Positions 28,824-37,253 of a stretch of DNA of 40,000 nt are shown piece after piece (position 1 is the stretch's first letter; each line of letters opens with the position of its first letter). Both the position numbers and the translations under genes were made by a program. Where the stretch lies: sequence record KU878088.1. The stretch is one strand, 5' to 3'. The stretch is from Bacillus phage AR9. The notes under the pieces were generated by a model. It saw only the letters and a program-made list of their open reading frames with translations, was not told the origin of the DNA and made no database searches.

Positions 28824-29534
28824 ATGAAATTAACAGAAATTAAAAAAGAAGATAAAATTATATTGGTTGAAAAATGCAAAGAATTACTTAATCTAAAAGA
28901 TGCTAAGCTCCCAGATGAATATTATTATTCCAGTCTTCCTTTATGTGTAATTGATTCTATCTTTTCTATTAATTCTAATTATACTAGTGTAAAGAATGTA
29001 ATTAAGCGTTATTGCACTTATTTTAATATTAACCCATTAAGAGAAAGTAGTTCATTCCCTAGTACATCTAATCAGTTATCTGTAAAAAGTTTTATTGATT
29101 CTTATGAAAAAATAGGGGTAGATTTTTACACTCAAAAAATCTTTAATAATAGACAACGAACTTCAGCAGTTAATGGAATATTAAAATCTGAAGCTGTTTA
29201 TGAGTTTTGTAAAGTTCTAAATAAGTATAATATTAATTATTTTCAAGATGTAAAAAACATATATGGTAATAAGGAATTTGAAAAAGATATTAGACGTATT
29301 AAGGGTCAAGGAAAAGGGGTTTCGTTATTATACTTCCTTATGCTTTCTGGTGAAGAAGATAAAATAAAACCAGATAGAATGATAATTCGCTTTCTTGAAG
29401 AGATCCTTCAAAGAAAGATTAATATAGATGAATCACAGATATTACTTAAAGAGGCATCATTAATACTATCAAAAGAATATCCAAATCTGAGTCCAAGATT
29501 ACTGGACTATGTTATTTGGGAATATACTAGGTGA
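28824..29534 (+). CDS. Putative helix-hairpin-helix (HhH-GPD-like fold) protein
   Basis: SLPLCVIDSIFSINSNYTSVKNVIKRYC...RQRTSAVNGILKSEAV...IRRIKGQGKGVSLLYFLMLSGEEDKIKPDRMIIRFLEE: HhH-like IKGQGKGVS with D in the glycosylase-like position. Confidence 0.5.
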   Translation: MKLTEIKKEDKIILVEKCKELLNLKDAKLPDEYYYSSLPLCVIDSIFSINSNYTSVKNVIKRYCTYFNINPLRESSSFPSTSNQLSVKSFIDSYEKIGVDFYTQKIFNNRQRTSAVNGILKSEAVYEFCKVLNKYNINYFQDVKNIYGNKEFEKDIRRIKGQGKGVSLLYFLMLSGEEDKIKPDRMIIRFLEEILQRKINIDESQILLKEASLILSKEYPNLSPRLLDYVIWEYTR

Positions 29535-29535
29535 A

Positions 29536-29568
29536 ATTAAAAACCATAATCTCACTATGGTTTTTAAT
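29536..29568. terminator. Hairpin terminator
   Basis: ATTAAAAACCATA / TATGGTTTTTAAT. Confidence 0.85.
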
Positions 29569-29603
29569 ATAAATTTTAATAATTATAGAAAGAGGAGATT
29601 TAG

Positions 29604-29900
29604 ATGTACAAAAACGCAAAAGATCTAAGAGCAGTAGCACTCAAAAAATTAGACTTAAGATTGAATGAGATTATTGATGAATTTATTTTTCCTGCTTTGA
29701 ATGATGCCGCTGATAAAGGAAAAATGTCAATAAAGTTTTCTAAAAATAATTACTATGATTTCTTAAAAGACAGTGATGATTATGAAAAATTTCAATTAAT
29801 TTTTGAAAATCAAAAATTATTTAAAGAGAAACTTTCTGAATTTGGTTTAACCTTTATAGATGATTCAACATCAAATTCTATCACGGTCTCTTGGCAATAA
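29604..29900 (+). CDS. small hypothetical protein
   Basis: 98-aa ORF with agaggagatt RBS. Confidence 0.65.
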   Translation: MYKNAKDLRAVALKKLDLRLNEIIDEFIFPALNDAADKGKMSIKFSKNNYYDFLKDSDDYEKFQLIFENQKLFKEKLSEFGLTFIDDSTSNSITVSWQ

Positions 29901-29903
29901 ATT

Positions 29904-29941
29904 AAAAGACATTATAAGGGAATTCCCTTATAATGTCTTTT
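29904..29941. terminator. Bidirectional hairpin terminator
   Basis: 17-bp stem AAAAGACATTATAAGGG / CCCTTATAATGTCTTTT between convergent genes. Confidence 0.9.
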
Positions 29942-29942
29942 C

Positions 29943-30635
29943 CTAATAGATATATAATTTTTTTCTATTTGCTTGTTTTGCTACATTCTGTCTCCACTTA
30001 TCTAATAACTCTTGTTTTCTATCTGTTGCTTCTTGTAATTCATCCACAAATAATTCAATATTACCAAATGCAGTTTGGAGGTTTGCAAACCGTTTTCTAA
30101 TTTGATATAATACTTCTTTCGTGTCGTATAATGCTAATTTTAGAAATTCAGTTTGAAGGTTAGTTGGAATTGTACCAAAATGATCTGGATGGACAACATT
30201 TAATAAAAGCTTTGTTTTTCTAATAGTATATAAAGCAGGGGTTATAGTAATAATATTTGGATAAGTAAATTGGTAAGTCATTGGGTTTCTATTCATTGAT
30301 GATAGATCAGCTTGTATTTGTCTACTCACAGGATCAATCATATTATTACTATAAGGTACTAATTCTGCACCAAAGTATCTAGTTGTATTATCATACATTC
30401 TTGCTACGTTTAATATATTATAATCAGTATTAATATAATATTGGTTTCCAGTTCCTTCAACTTTATCTTCATTTGATATAATAGCTTCAACTTGATAAGG
30501 GAAAAAATTACTAAATGTAACTAATGTTTCTTCTTTAATATTATCAATAATTTCATCTGGATCCATTTCAAGTTCATTAAACTTATAACCTAATTTTTTT
30601 TCTATGAACCGAAGGATATAGGTACTAGATAACAT
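29943..30635 (-). CDS. putative structural/neck-region protein
   Basis: 230-aa ORF within the head gene cluster; weak functional evidence. Confidence 0.5.
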   Translation of the reverse strand: MLSSTYILRFIEKKLGYKFNELEMDPDEIIDNIKEETLVTFSNFFPYQVEAIISNEDKVEGTGNQYYINTDYNILNVARMYDNTTRYFGAELVPYSNNMIDPVSRQIQADLSSMNRNPMTYQFTYPNIITITPALYTIRKTKLLLNVVHPDHFGTIPTNLQTEFLKLALYDTKEVLYQIRKRFANLQTAFGNIELFVDELQEATDRKQELLDKWRQNVAKQANRKKLYIY

Positions 30636-30701
30636 ATTATCAACCCTCTCTATTATTAACTGGTAGAACTAATAAAGTCTACATCCTTCTTAGGAATATC
30701 T

Positions 30702-30899
30702 TCAATTTTTTGAATAACGTTTACTCATAGCTCTATGAGTATAACAATAATATTCTCCATCTTTATTTTTAGCAAAACTACATTCAGTTTTTCCAAATTT
30801 ATTTTCAATATATTCCTTCTCTTTTGGAGTCAAAGGAATATGCTGAATTGCTTCAATTAATAATAAACTTTCACAAATCATCTTATACTTTTTATTCAT
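30702..30899 (-). CDS. small hypothetical protein
   Basis: 65-aa ORF with ggagggcat RBS; N-terminal LIE|A motif. Confidence 0.55.
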   Translation of the reverse strand: MNKKYKMICESLLLIEAIQHIPLTPKEKEYIENKFGKTECSFAKNKDGEYYCYTHRAMSKRYSKN

Positions 30900-30953
30900 A
30901 ATGCCCTCCTATAATTTAATATGGTTACTCTATAATTAGAGTAACCACTTATT

Positions 30954-31532
30954 TTAAAATTGAATTAAAAGGAAATTATCAATTTCTTTTTTAATTTCAT
31001 CTTCAATAAATAAAACAGCTTTACCATCTTCAGTATTGAAGCTAACTGTTTTACCATCTTCACCTAATTTGGCAGTTCTTTCATCTAAACCAAGATGATC
31101 AACTGTTGTTTTAATATTTTGACTCTCTTCCTTAATGTAATTAAGGATTTCATCTTGAGCCACTGACACCATTAGACCTTCATTAAGAATTCTCTTATTC
31201 ATAGGATGAATAGCATCTTCTTTAATAATATTTGTCTGATAAGCATTAGAATGAGAAGGGAAGATTACCCAATCCCAAGTAACAATGTGAAGAGGTTTTT
31301 CAACTCGTGTTAGTCCATTCACTTTACGAGTAACACCACCAAGACCTCTCATTGAAAATGCTACTTCAGTACCTTGTCTAATTAAACCTTCCATATCTTT
31401 ACCAACAGCAGTGTTAGTAGTTGCTACCACACCTTTTAGTAATTTTTGTTCCCACCATAATTTCTCAATAACATGAGACATTCTAGTTTGATCAATGTAC
31501 GTTTGTCTTTCCATTTTATCCGAAAGAGGGTG
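30954..31532 (-). CDS. Prohead (core) protease, exon 2
   Basis: HPLSDKMERQTYIDQTRMSHVIEKLWWEQKLLKGVVATTNTAVGKDMEGLIRQGTEVAFSMRGLGGV, gp21-type protease signature including GH and S residues; begins after the intron G. Confidence 0.85.
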   Translation of the reverse strand, partial: HPLSDKMERQTYIDQTRMSHVIEKLWWEQKLLKGVVATTNTAVGKDMEGLIRQGTEVAFSMRGLGGVTRKVNGLTRVEKPLHIVTWDWVIFPSHSNAYQTNIIKEDAIHPMNKRILNEGLMVSVAQDEILNYIKEESQNIKTTVDHLGLDERTAKLGEDGKTVSFNTEDGKAVLFIEDEIKKEIDNFLLIQF

Positions 31533-31877
31533 CAAATATCTTCATATGGATTCGCTACTTCCATACCGTTCTCTTATGAACTGCTCTAAGTTTCCCTAGA
31601 GTTGAGACTATATCAAGTTCTTCAGCATTACTGTTAAGAACCTCTCTATTTCCACTATGCTTATAGTGTACTCCCATTTGGGATAGTCGTTGAACTCCAT
31701 TGGTAAATATATGTACAAATATTATTAACCAATAAAGCTGCTGATTGTCCAATCTTATTAGTTCTTATAACCTTCACGCTCACTGTTACCAGTCACGTTG
31801 TGGTCTAATAAGCTCTAAGGAGTTTCCAGCAATTAAGAGAGTTTAGACATAGTATTTCTACTATGAATGGCAACCCT
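31533..31877 (-). other. Group I intron in prohead protease gene (345 nt, ORF-less)
   Basis: On the minus strand: GCTGGT|AGGGTTGCCA start, GGACAATCAGCAGC, TTCAACGACTATC, GATATAGTCTCAAC, GAGCAGTTCATAAGAGAACGG, ends GAAGATATTTG; exons join in frame as LFGEAG-HPLSDK. Confidence 0.9.
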
Positions 31878-32105
31878 ACCAGCCTCTCCGAACAATGATT
31901 TACGTCTTAACTTTTCTTGAATTTGAGGAGAACGAATAGCACCATCTAATGCTTCAAATGCATATTCCCTTCTATTTCTATTACCAGCTTCTGCCTCTTG
32001 AAGAATAGCTTCAATTACAACATTATCTTTATTATGCTCAATAATATTAGGTTTAACTGGTTCTGATGTAGATTCAATAATTAGAAAACCACAATTTTGA
32101 TCCAT
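31878..32105 (-). CDS. Prohead (core) protease, exon 1
   Basis: VIEAILQEAEAGNRNRREYAFEALDGAIRSPQIQEKLRRKSLFGEAG; joins to exon 2 to give 268 aa. Confidence 0.85.
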
Positions 32106-32139
32106 TATTTAGCCGCCTTTCTAATAACTTAATTAAATT

Positions 32140-32176
32140 TATTAATTATATGTTTTCTAATAAAAAACATATAATT
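32140..32176. promoter_or_regulatory. Palindromic divergent intergenic region
   Basis: TTAATTATATGTTTT ... AAAACATATAATTAA inverted repeat between divergent genes. Confidence 0.5.
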
Positions 32177-32212
32177 AAGTTAAATCATAATATTAAAAGG
32201 AGGTACATCAAA

Positions 32213-32671
32213 ATGTTATCCAAATATGAGTCATTATTATTAGTTGAACATGAAGAATTTGATTCATATAGAGAAGAATATTTTCTATTAAAAGAAGGTT
32301 TAGCAACTGATGTCGATAAGACTACTAAAGGTATATTTAATATAATTAAAAAACTCCATTCCTCTAGTGATGATAGATTAATTGAAAATATGCCAGATTT
32401 TTCTAGACTATTAACACGTTGTATCATTATTGGAAGTATTGCCGTTATCAGTCCTGTTATCGGTCTTATTACTTTATATACTAGTTCAGTTATTAGAAGA
32501 CGTAATGATGCTAATAGAAGAGAAAAATTAATTCATCTTTATTCTAGTAAATTAGAATATATTGAAGACCGATTAACTAGAGAATCAGATGAAAAGAAAA
32601 GACAAAATATGATTAAAATGAAAAATAAATTAAAAAGTGACTTAGATAAACTAAAAGTCATTAAAGATTAA
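32213..32671 (+). CDS. head/core-associated membrane-like protein (start refined from 32150)
   Basis: Internal ATG at 32213 follows AAAAGGAGGTACATCAAA; N-terminal FLLKE|GLA motif; one hydrophobic segment. Confidence 0.7.
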   Translation: MLSKYESLLLVEHEEFDSYREEYFLLKEGLATDVDKTTKGIFNIIKKLHSSSDDRLIENMPDFSRLLTRCIIIGSIAVISPVIGLITLYTSSVIRRRNDANRREKLIHLYSSKLEYIEDRLTRESDEKKRQNMIKMKNKLKSDLDKLKVIKD

Positions 32672-32690
32672 ATGAAGGGAGTGTATATAT

Positions 32691-33332
32691 GTGACAGATT
32701 TTGATACCCTTCTAATTGATTTTAATAAAAAATTAATGGAAGATACAAAACATAATAATAATTTTTTCCTTAAAGAAGATGAAGACGATGATGATGTAGG
32801 TATGGATAGTCTTGAAGACTTATCTGTTGGACATTCTAATGACCCTGCTCATCCAGAAGATGAAACAGATAGTAAATCTGAAGAAACTAATGATGGTAAT
32901 TCACCGGAATCTTTAGATGGAGGAGATGATAATTCAAATCCTTCAGATGGAGATACTGGCGATTCAGATGATCAAGGGGATGCTGATTCAGGAGATTTGG
33001 ATAATGAACAAGATGATAGTCCTACTGATAATGATAAAAAATTACAATTGTATAAGTCATATAAGACAATCTACACTTCTATCGATAATTTTTTAGATAA
33101 AGTTTCATCTTATAAGGAATATTTAGATACAGAAGAAAATAAGAGTAAGAATTATGAACTTGTTGAATATATCGAAGATAAATTATATAATCTAAAAGAT
33201 AGTACCAAAATTATGTTAACTGACAAAATTAAGACAATGGATTATGAAAAAGTAAAAACTGTTTTCGTATATACAAAAAGTGAAATTAACTTACTGGTCA
33301 ACCTATTTAACAAATTTTCTTCTTCCAAGTAA
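32691..33332 (+). CDS. acidic scaffold/core-like protein
   Basis: Very acidic D/E/S/N-rich low complexity middle, located directly before the major capsid gene. Confidence 0.6.
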   Translation: MTDFDTLLIDFNKKLMEDTKHNNNFFLKEDEDDDDVGMDSLEDLSVGHSNDPAHPEDETDSKSEETNDGNSPESLDGGDDNSNPSDGDTGDSDDQGDADSGDLDNEQDDSPTDNDKKLQLYKSYKTIYTSIDNFLDKVSSYKEYLDTEENKSKNYELVEYIEDKLYNLKDSTKIMLTDKIKTMDYEKVKTVFVYTKSEINLLVNLFNKFSSSK

Positions 33333-33367
33333 TAAACAATTTAATAGTAAAAAAATTATAAATCAAT

Positions 33368-33421
33368 TTATTAGATTTTATATTAGAGAGATCTAAACAA
33401 AAAATTATTAAAATCTAATAA
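33368..33421. repeat. Inverted repeat in leader of capsid gene
   Basis: TTATTAGATTTT ... AAAATCTAATAA, 12-bp arms separated by 30 nt. Confidence 0.55.
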
Positions 33422-33443
33422 TTAAGAAAAGGAGTAATGATCA

Positions 33444-35039
33444 ATGTCCGTAGAATATCGAACTAATCATTCAACTGGAACAACTGATGAATTCAGTCAA
33501 ACATTAAAAGAAAGTCATCAATATTTCTTACAAACTCAACAAGTAAACATCCTTGGAGAAGGCTTCAGTGATGTTCTTTCTGAAGCATCCACTTTTAGTG
33601 CTTATGTAGATAAATTAGTAGAAGGCTTAGATGCAACTGAAGAAGCAGATATGCGTCAATTACTTGCAAACAACCGTCAAGCAATCCTTCAAGAGTCCGT
33701 AGTTGCAGGTATCCCTCCAATTGCGTCTCTATCTATGCCAACTATTCGTAAAATGTGGGCTAAGATTGCATTGAAATATGCTATTCCTACTGAACCTGTT
33801 AAAACACCTGCTTTCTCTGTATCATTCTCTAAACCTTATATCATTGATTCAGTATCAGGTGAAAAACATTATCTTCCAGAATCTCTTCGTTCTTTAGATA
33901 ATGGACTTGCTGAAAAAACAAAACTTTCTTCTCAAGCTTATGAGCTACCTTTGGATAACAAAGATCTTCTTGCTGATGTAGGTGCTTCTGCACAAGCTGG
34001 AGATGCAATTGATCGCCGTTTCCATATTGTTGAAGTTGAAGTTTCTGCGGCAAGTGCGACTGGAACAGCTGAGACTGCTGAAACAGTTAAAGTAAAAGTT
34101 AACTCTAAAATTGATATTAACAACAAACTATATGCTGAAGTTAAAGCTAAACACTCTGATGGTACTGTAACTTCTGACGTACTTATGGGTGCTGTTGATC
34201 CAGAAAAAGGTACTGTTAGCTTAGTATCTCTTCGTCAAGCAGTTAAAAAAGTTGTATTCCTTGGTTATGTATCTTCTGAGGCTCATAACAGAGCAACTAA
34301 CGTATCTTTCGATATTGAACGTAGAGATATCACTATCGGAACTGGCGAACACTTAGAGGCTTCTCTACCACTTGAAATGCTAACTGATACAATGGCACTT
34401 TATCAAATTGATGGTGCTAATGAAGTGGTAGACACAATGTCTAACGTTACAGCTCAAAAAGTTGACCAAGAAATTTATAATTTCATTGATGCGGCTTTCC
34501 AATCTAACCCTACTTATATGGGTAAATTTAACGTTCATCCTGCACCTCAGTTTGCTGGAAATCCTAGAGACTGGTTGGATGGTATCAAACGAGTAATTGA
34601 TTACTTTGCTCAAAAAATTAAATCTGAAACTTACTACTACCAAGGTTACTTTGTAATTGTTGGGAACCCACTTGATACTGCTTTGATTCCAAATGTTACT
34701 TGGACATTTAACCGAGTATCAGATGCTCAAAATGGTATTGAAGTAGATTACAGTATTGGAGCTGTTTCTGGTGCAAGCCGTTACACAATTGTTTCTTCTG
34801 ACTTGATTCCTCAAGGCGAATTGACAATGTTCATGGTTCCACTTACTAATAAATTTATGACGTTCAAGTACTATCCGTACACTTTCAATGTTGTACACAA
34901 CTACCTGAACACTCGTAATCCTAATATTCCTTCCATTATGATGACTAAACGTCATACCCTTGAAGAGTTCCTTCCAATGGTATGCAAAATCAAAATTGAG
35001 AACAATGATGGTACTCTTGTTTCTCAATATAATGGATAA
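33444..35039 (+). CDS. Major capsid protein (T4 gp23 / HK97-fold type)
   Basis: 531 aa, less AT-rich coding, position after protease and scaffold; GIPPIASLSMPTIRKMWAKIALKY, VLEMLTDTMALY-like region, GYFVIVGNPLDTALIPNVTW. Confidence 0.88.
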   Translation: MSVEYRTNHSTGTTDEFSQTLKESHQYFLQTQQVNILGEGFSDVLSEASTFSAYVDKLVEGLDATEEADMRQLLANNRQAILQESVVAGIPPIASLSMPTIRKMWAKIALKYAIPTEPVKTPAFSVSFSKPYIIDSVSGEKHYLPESLRSLDNGLAEKTKLSSQAYELPLDNKDLLADVGASAQAGDAIDRRFHIVEVEVSAASATGTAETAETVKVKVNSKIDINNKLYAEVKAKHSDGTVTSDVLMGAVDPEKGTVSLVSLRQAVKKVVFLGYVSSEAHNRATNVSFDIERRDITIGTGEHLEASLPLEMLTDTMALYQIDGANEVVDTMSNVTAQKVDQEIYNFIDAAFQSNPTYMGKFNVHPAPQFAGNPRDWLDGIKRVIDYFAQKIKSETYYYQGYFVIVGNPLDTALIPNVTWTFNRVSDAQNGIEVDYSIGAVSGASRYTIVSSDLIPQGELTMFMVPLTNKFMTFKYYPYTFNVVHNYLNTRNPNIPSIMMTKRHTLEEFLPMVCKIKIENNDGTLVSQYNG

Positions 35040-35045
35040 TAAATA

Positions 35046-35084
35046 AAAATATCAGTTGTGACCATAACGGTTACAACTGATATT
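35046..35084. terminator. Hairpin terminator after major capsid gene
   Basis: 17-bp stem AAATATCAGTTGTGACC / GGTTACAACTGATATTT with one G-T pair. Confidence 0.88.
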
Positions 35085-35105
35085 TATTTTAAGAGGTGTA
35101 GATGT

Positions 35106-36077
35106 ATGGTAGATACTATTTTACTAGAAAAAATTTATCATAGAACAGAATTGGATCAATTAGATGAATGCTTTGAAGAAATACTTAATCTACTACCATC
35201 GAAGAATTTTAAAGATGCTGGTTTTAAAAGGAATATATCAAAAATAGAAAAACTCTTGAAGAGTACTTTTAATATAGATTGTAAAATTTTTCTTCATCCA
35301 ACATTAAGTAATAAAGTAAGTTATGGTATGAGAATTTTTCCTTCTTATGAAGAAATGAAAGGACAATATTTAGAAGCCATTGAATCTAAGAAAAAAGGTT
35401 ATCAGTTAATCGATTGTCATAATGTATCAATTGAAATTGAAGGATCTCTTTTAAACCTATTTAAAAGAGAAGGAGCAACATCTAGAATGCTAACTGCAAT
35501 TTTAATTCATGAAATTGGACATAAAGTATATGTTAAAGTTCAAAATGCTCTTAGGGATGAAGAAAATTCCAAGAATATGGCTAATATTGGTTATGGTATG
35601 GGATTAGCTATGGCAGTACTCTCTATGACCGTTAGAATGGGTAAGAGAACTTTATCAGTTCCATTAACTGTAATGAGCCCAATTATAGGTTTTGTAGGTT
35701 TGGTTATGATTGTAATGGGTACAAGTTCTCTTATGGATTTTGTTGCAAATAAATATTATTCAGAGAGAGAAATATATAGTGATAGCTTAGCAGTTAAATA
35801 TGGATATGCTGATGAGATGTATCAGACACTCTCAATGCTTCAAAATCATACTAACTCAACTCATAAAATTAGTACGAATGTATTTATTAATTGGATAAGG
35901 AAAAATTTAAACTTCTATTATTTAAGAAGAAAAGGAGTTATTGATGTTCTCAAGAAAGAATATCAAACTGCTGAAACAGAATTAGAGAAAGAGTTGATTA
36001 AGAAAGTACTAATTGATTTAAATAATAAGCAGAATAAAGATTTTGGTGAGGATAATACTCTTTTATTAAAAAAATAA
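35106..36077 (+). CDS. Membrane-associated zinc metalloprotease-like protein (start refined from 35058)
   Basis: ILIHEIGHKVYVKV zincin motif, two hydrophobic segments, downstream EREIYSDSLAVKYGYADEMYQTL as in M48-like peptidases; ATG at 35106 after aagaggtg RBS. Confidence 0.8.
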   Translation: MVDTILLEKIYHRTELDQLDECFEEILNLLPSKNFKDAGFKRNISKIEKLLKSTFNIDCKIFLHPTLSNKVSYGMRIFPSYEEMKGQYLEAIESKKKGYQLIDCHNVSIEIEGSLLNLFKREGATSRMLTAILIHEIGHKVYVKVQNALRDEENSKNMANIGYGMGLAMAVLSMTVRMGKRTLSVPLTVMSPIIGFVGLVMIVMGTSSLMDFVANKYYSEREIYSDSLAVKYGYADEMYQTLSMLQNHTNSTHKISTNVFINWIRKNLNFYYLRRKGVIDVLKKEYQTAETELEKELIKKVLIDLNNKQNKDFGEDNTLLLKK

Positions 36078-36111
36078 AGAAGGGCAAAGTAGCTGTCCTT
36101 CTTTATTGTAA

Positions 36112-36300
36112 CTATTCAGTTATTAATTGTCCAAGATTATCAACTATATTATTAGCAAATGGTCCAATATCATACAATTCATCTTCCATATCATTTAGTT
36201 CTCCGATAAATTCGCTATTGCTATCATCATCTAATTCTACAAAATCAAAACTAATTTCATCAATACCATCAAGTAGTTCTTTGACCTCCGCTTTGCTCAT
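36112..36300 (-). CDS. small acidic protein
   Basis: 62-aa ORF with caaggaggaa RBS on minus strand. Confidence 0.6.
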   Translation of the reverse strand: MSKAEVKELLDGIDEISFDFVELDDDSNSEFIGELNDMEDELYDIGPFANNIVDNLGQLITE

Positions 36301-36433
36301 TTCAAATTCCTCCTTGAGTGAGAGTTGGTATTTCTAGATGTTTTTATTTTAACCAGAAAACTTCATCTTGAAACTCAAAAAAGAAAAAAAAATTCACCTG
36401 AACTAGTTTATGCAGGTGAATCTCTAAGATGTC

Positions 36434-37147
36434 TTATGTTAGTTTAGTTAGTAGGATTCTAAATCCATTTACACTAACAGGGGAATATTGAATACTAGTT
36501 ATATTTTTATCTGGAAATTGGTTTCTTATATAACTTTCAGTTTCTTCATTTTCAGGTATAGCAAAATAATCCAAAATGGAGTTATCACTATTTTCAAATG
36601 TTATAAAAGCACCATATAATTTATACTCAAATCCTTCTATTCCATGAGTTTTCTTATATTCAGTAATTATCTTATCGGATATTCCCATTGTTTCTAAAGC
36701 AGTTAATATCATTTTTTCAGAAAGATCACCAAGTTTGTCGATACTCTTTAATCTTTTTTTACTCATATAATCTATTAATTTACTTAGATTATCTAAACCA
36801 TTCCGTCTTAATAAGTTAAACGTTCTTAAATCTAGTAAATCTTTATCAATTTGATATGTTAAATTTTTCTTTCTTTTACCTTCTTGTATTTCTTCATTTT
36901 TACATTTTTCAAATGCTGTCCATACTAACTGATTTACTCTTGCTGATGATAGATTTACGATCTGTCCTACTTCTTCATTAGAAAGTATTCTATCTCCACC
37001 AAATTTTATAATTACTGTCTGTAATTCATTATTCGTAATCACATCTTTGTTTCTTTTAAAGAATTTAATTACATCCTCTAATTCATAATTGATTCCAAAG
37101 TATTCTATTATTTCCTTGTCAATATTTCTTCTCTCTTTTCGTACCAA
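36434..37147 (-). CDS. Sigma-region-4-like HTH plus alphaCTD-like transcription factor
   Basis: ELQTVIIKFGGDRILSNEEVGQIVNLSSARVNQLVWTAFEKCK (sigma4-like) and LDLRTFNLLRRNGLDNLSKLIDYMSKKRLKSIDKLGDLSEKMILTALETMGI (alphaCTD-like HhH). Confidence 0.65.
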   Translation of the reverse strand: MVRKERRNIDKEIIEYFGINYELEDVIKFFKRNKDVITNNELQTVIIKFGGDRILSNEEVGQIVNLSSARVNQLVWTAFEKCKNEEIQEGKRKKNLTYQIDKDLLDLRTFNLLRRNGLDNLSKLIDYMSKKRLKSIDKLGDLSEKMILTALETMGISDKIITEYKKTHGIEGFEYKLYGAFITFENSDNSILDYFAIPENEETESYIRNQFPDKNITSIQYSPVSVNGFRILLTKLT

Positions 37148-37253
37148 TGACTTTCTCTCCTTTCACTCTTTCTCATATATAATATATACTTAGTTTTATA
37201 TTTTAATACGGTACAAACATTCTATTAAAATATCATAATAGGAGGTTGATTAA

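Noticed and set aside
31533-31535. ATG start of the 30954-31535 ORF as a true protease start
   Set aside because: The would-be start codon depends on intron sequence (terminal G of the intron); the N-terminal protease motifs are in the exon at 31878-32105.
31555-31752. Minus-strand ORF of 65 aa
   Set aside because: Lies completely within the protease group I intron (31533-31877), overlaps the ribozyme core and has no recognisable RBS.
33841-35027. Minus-strand ORFs inside the major capsid gene (33841-34053, 33938-34126, 34380-34643, 34719-35027)
   Set aside because: Antisense frames of a highly expressed capsid gene; no RBS and no plausible domain.
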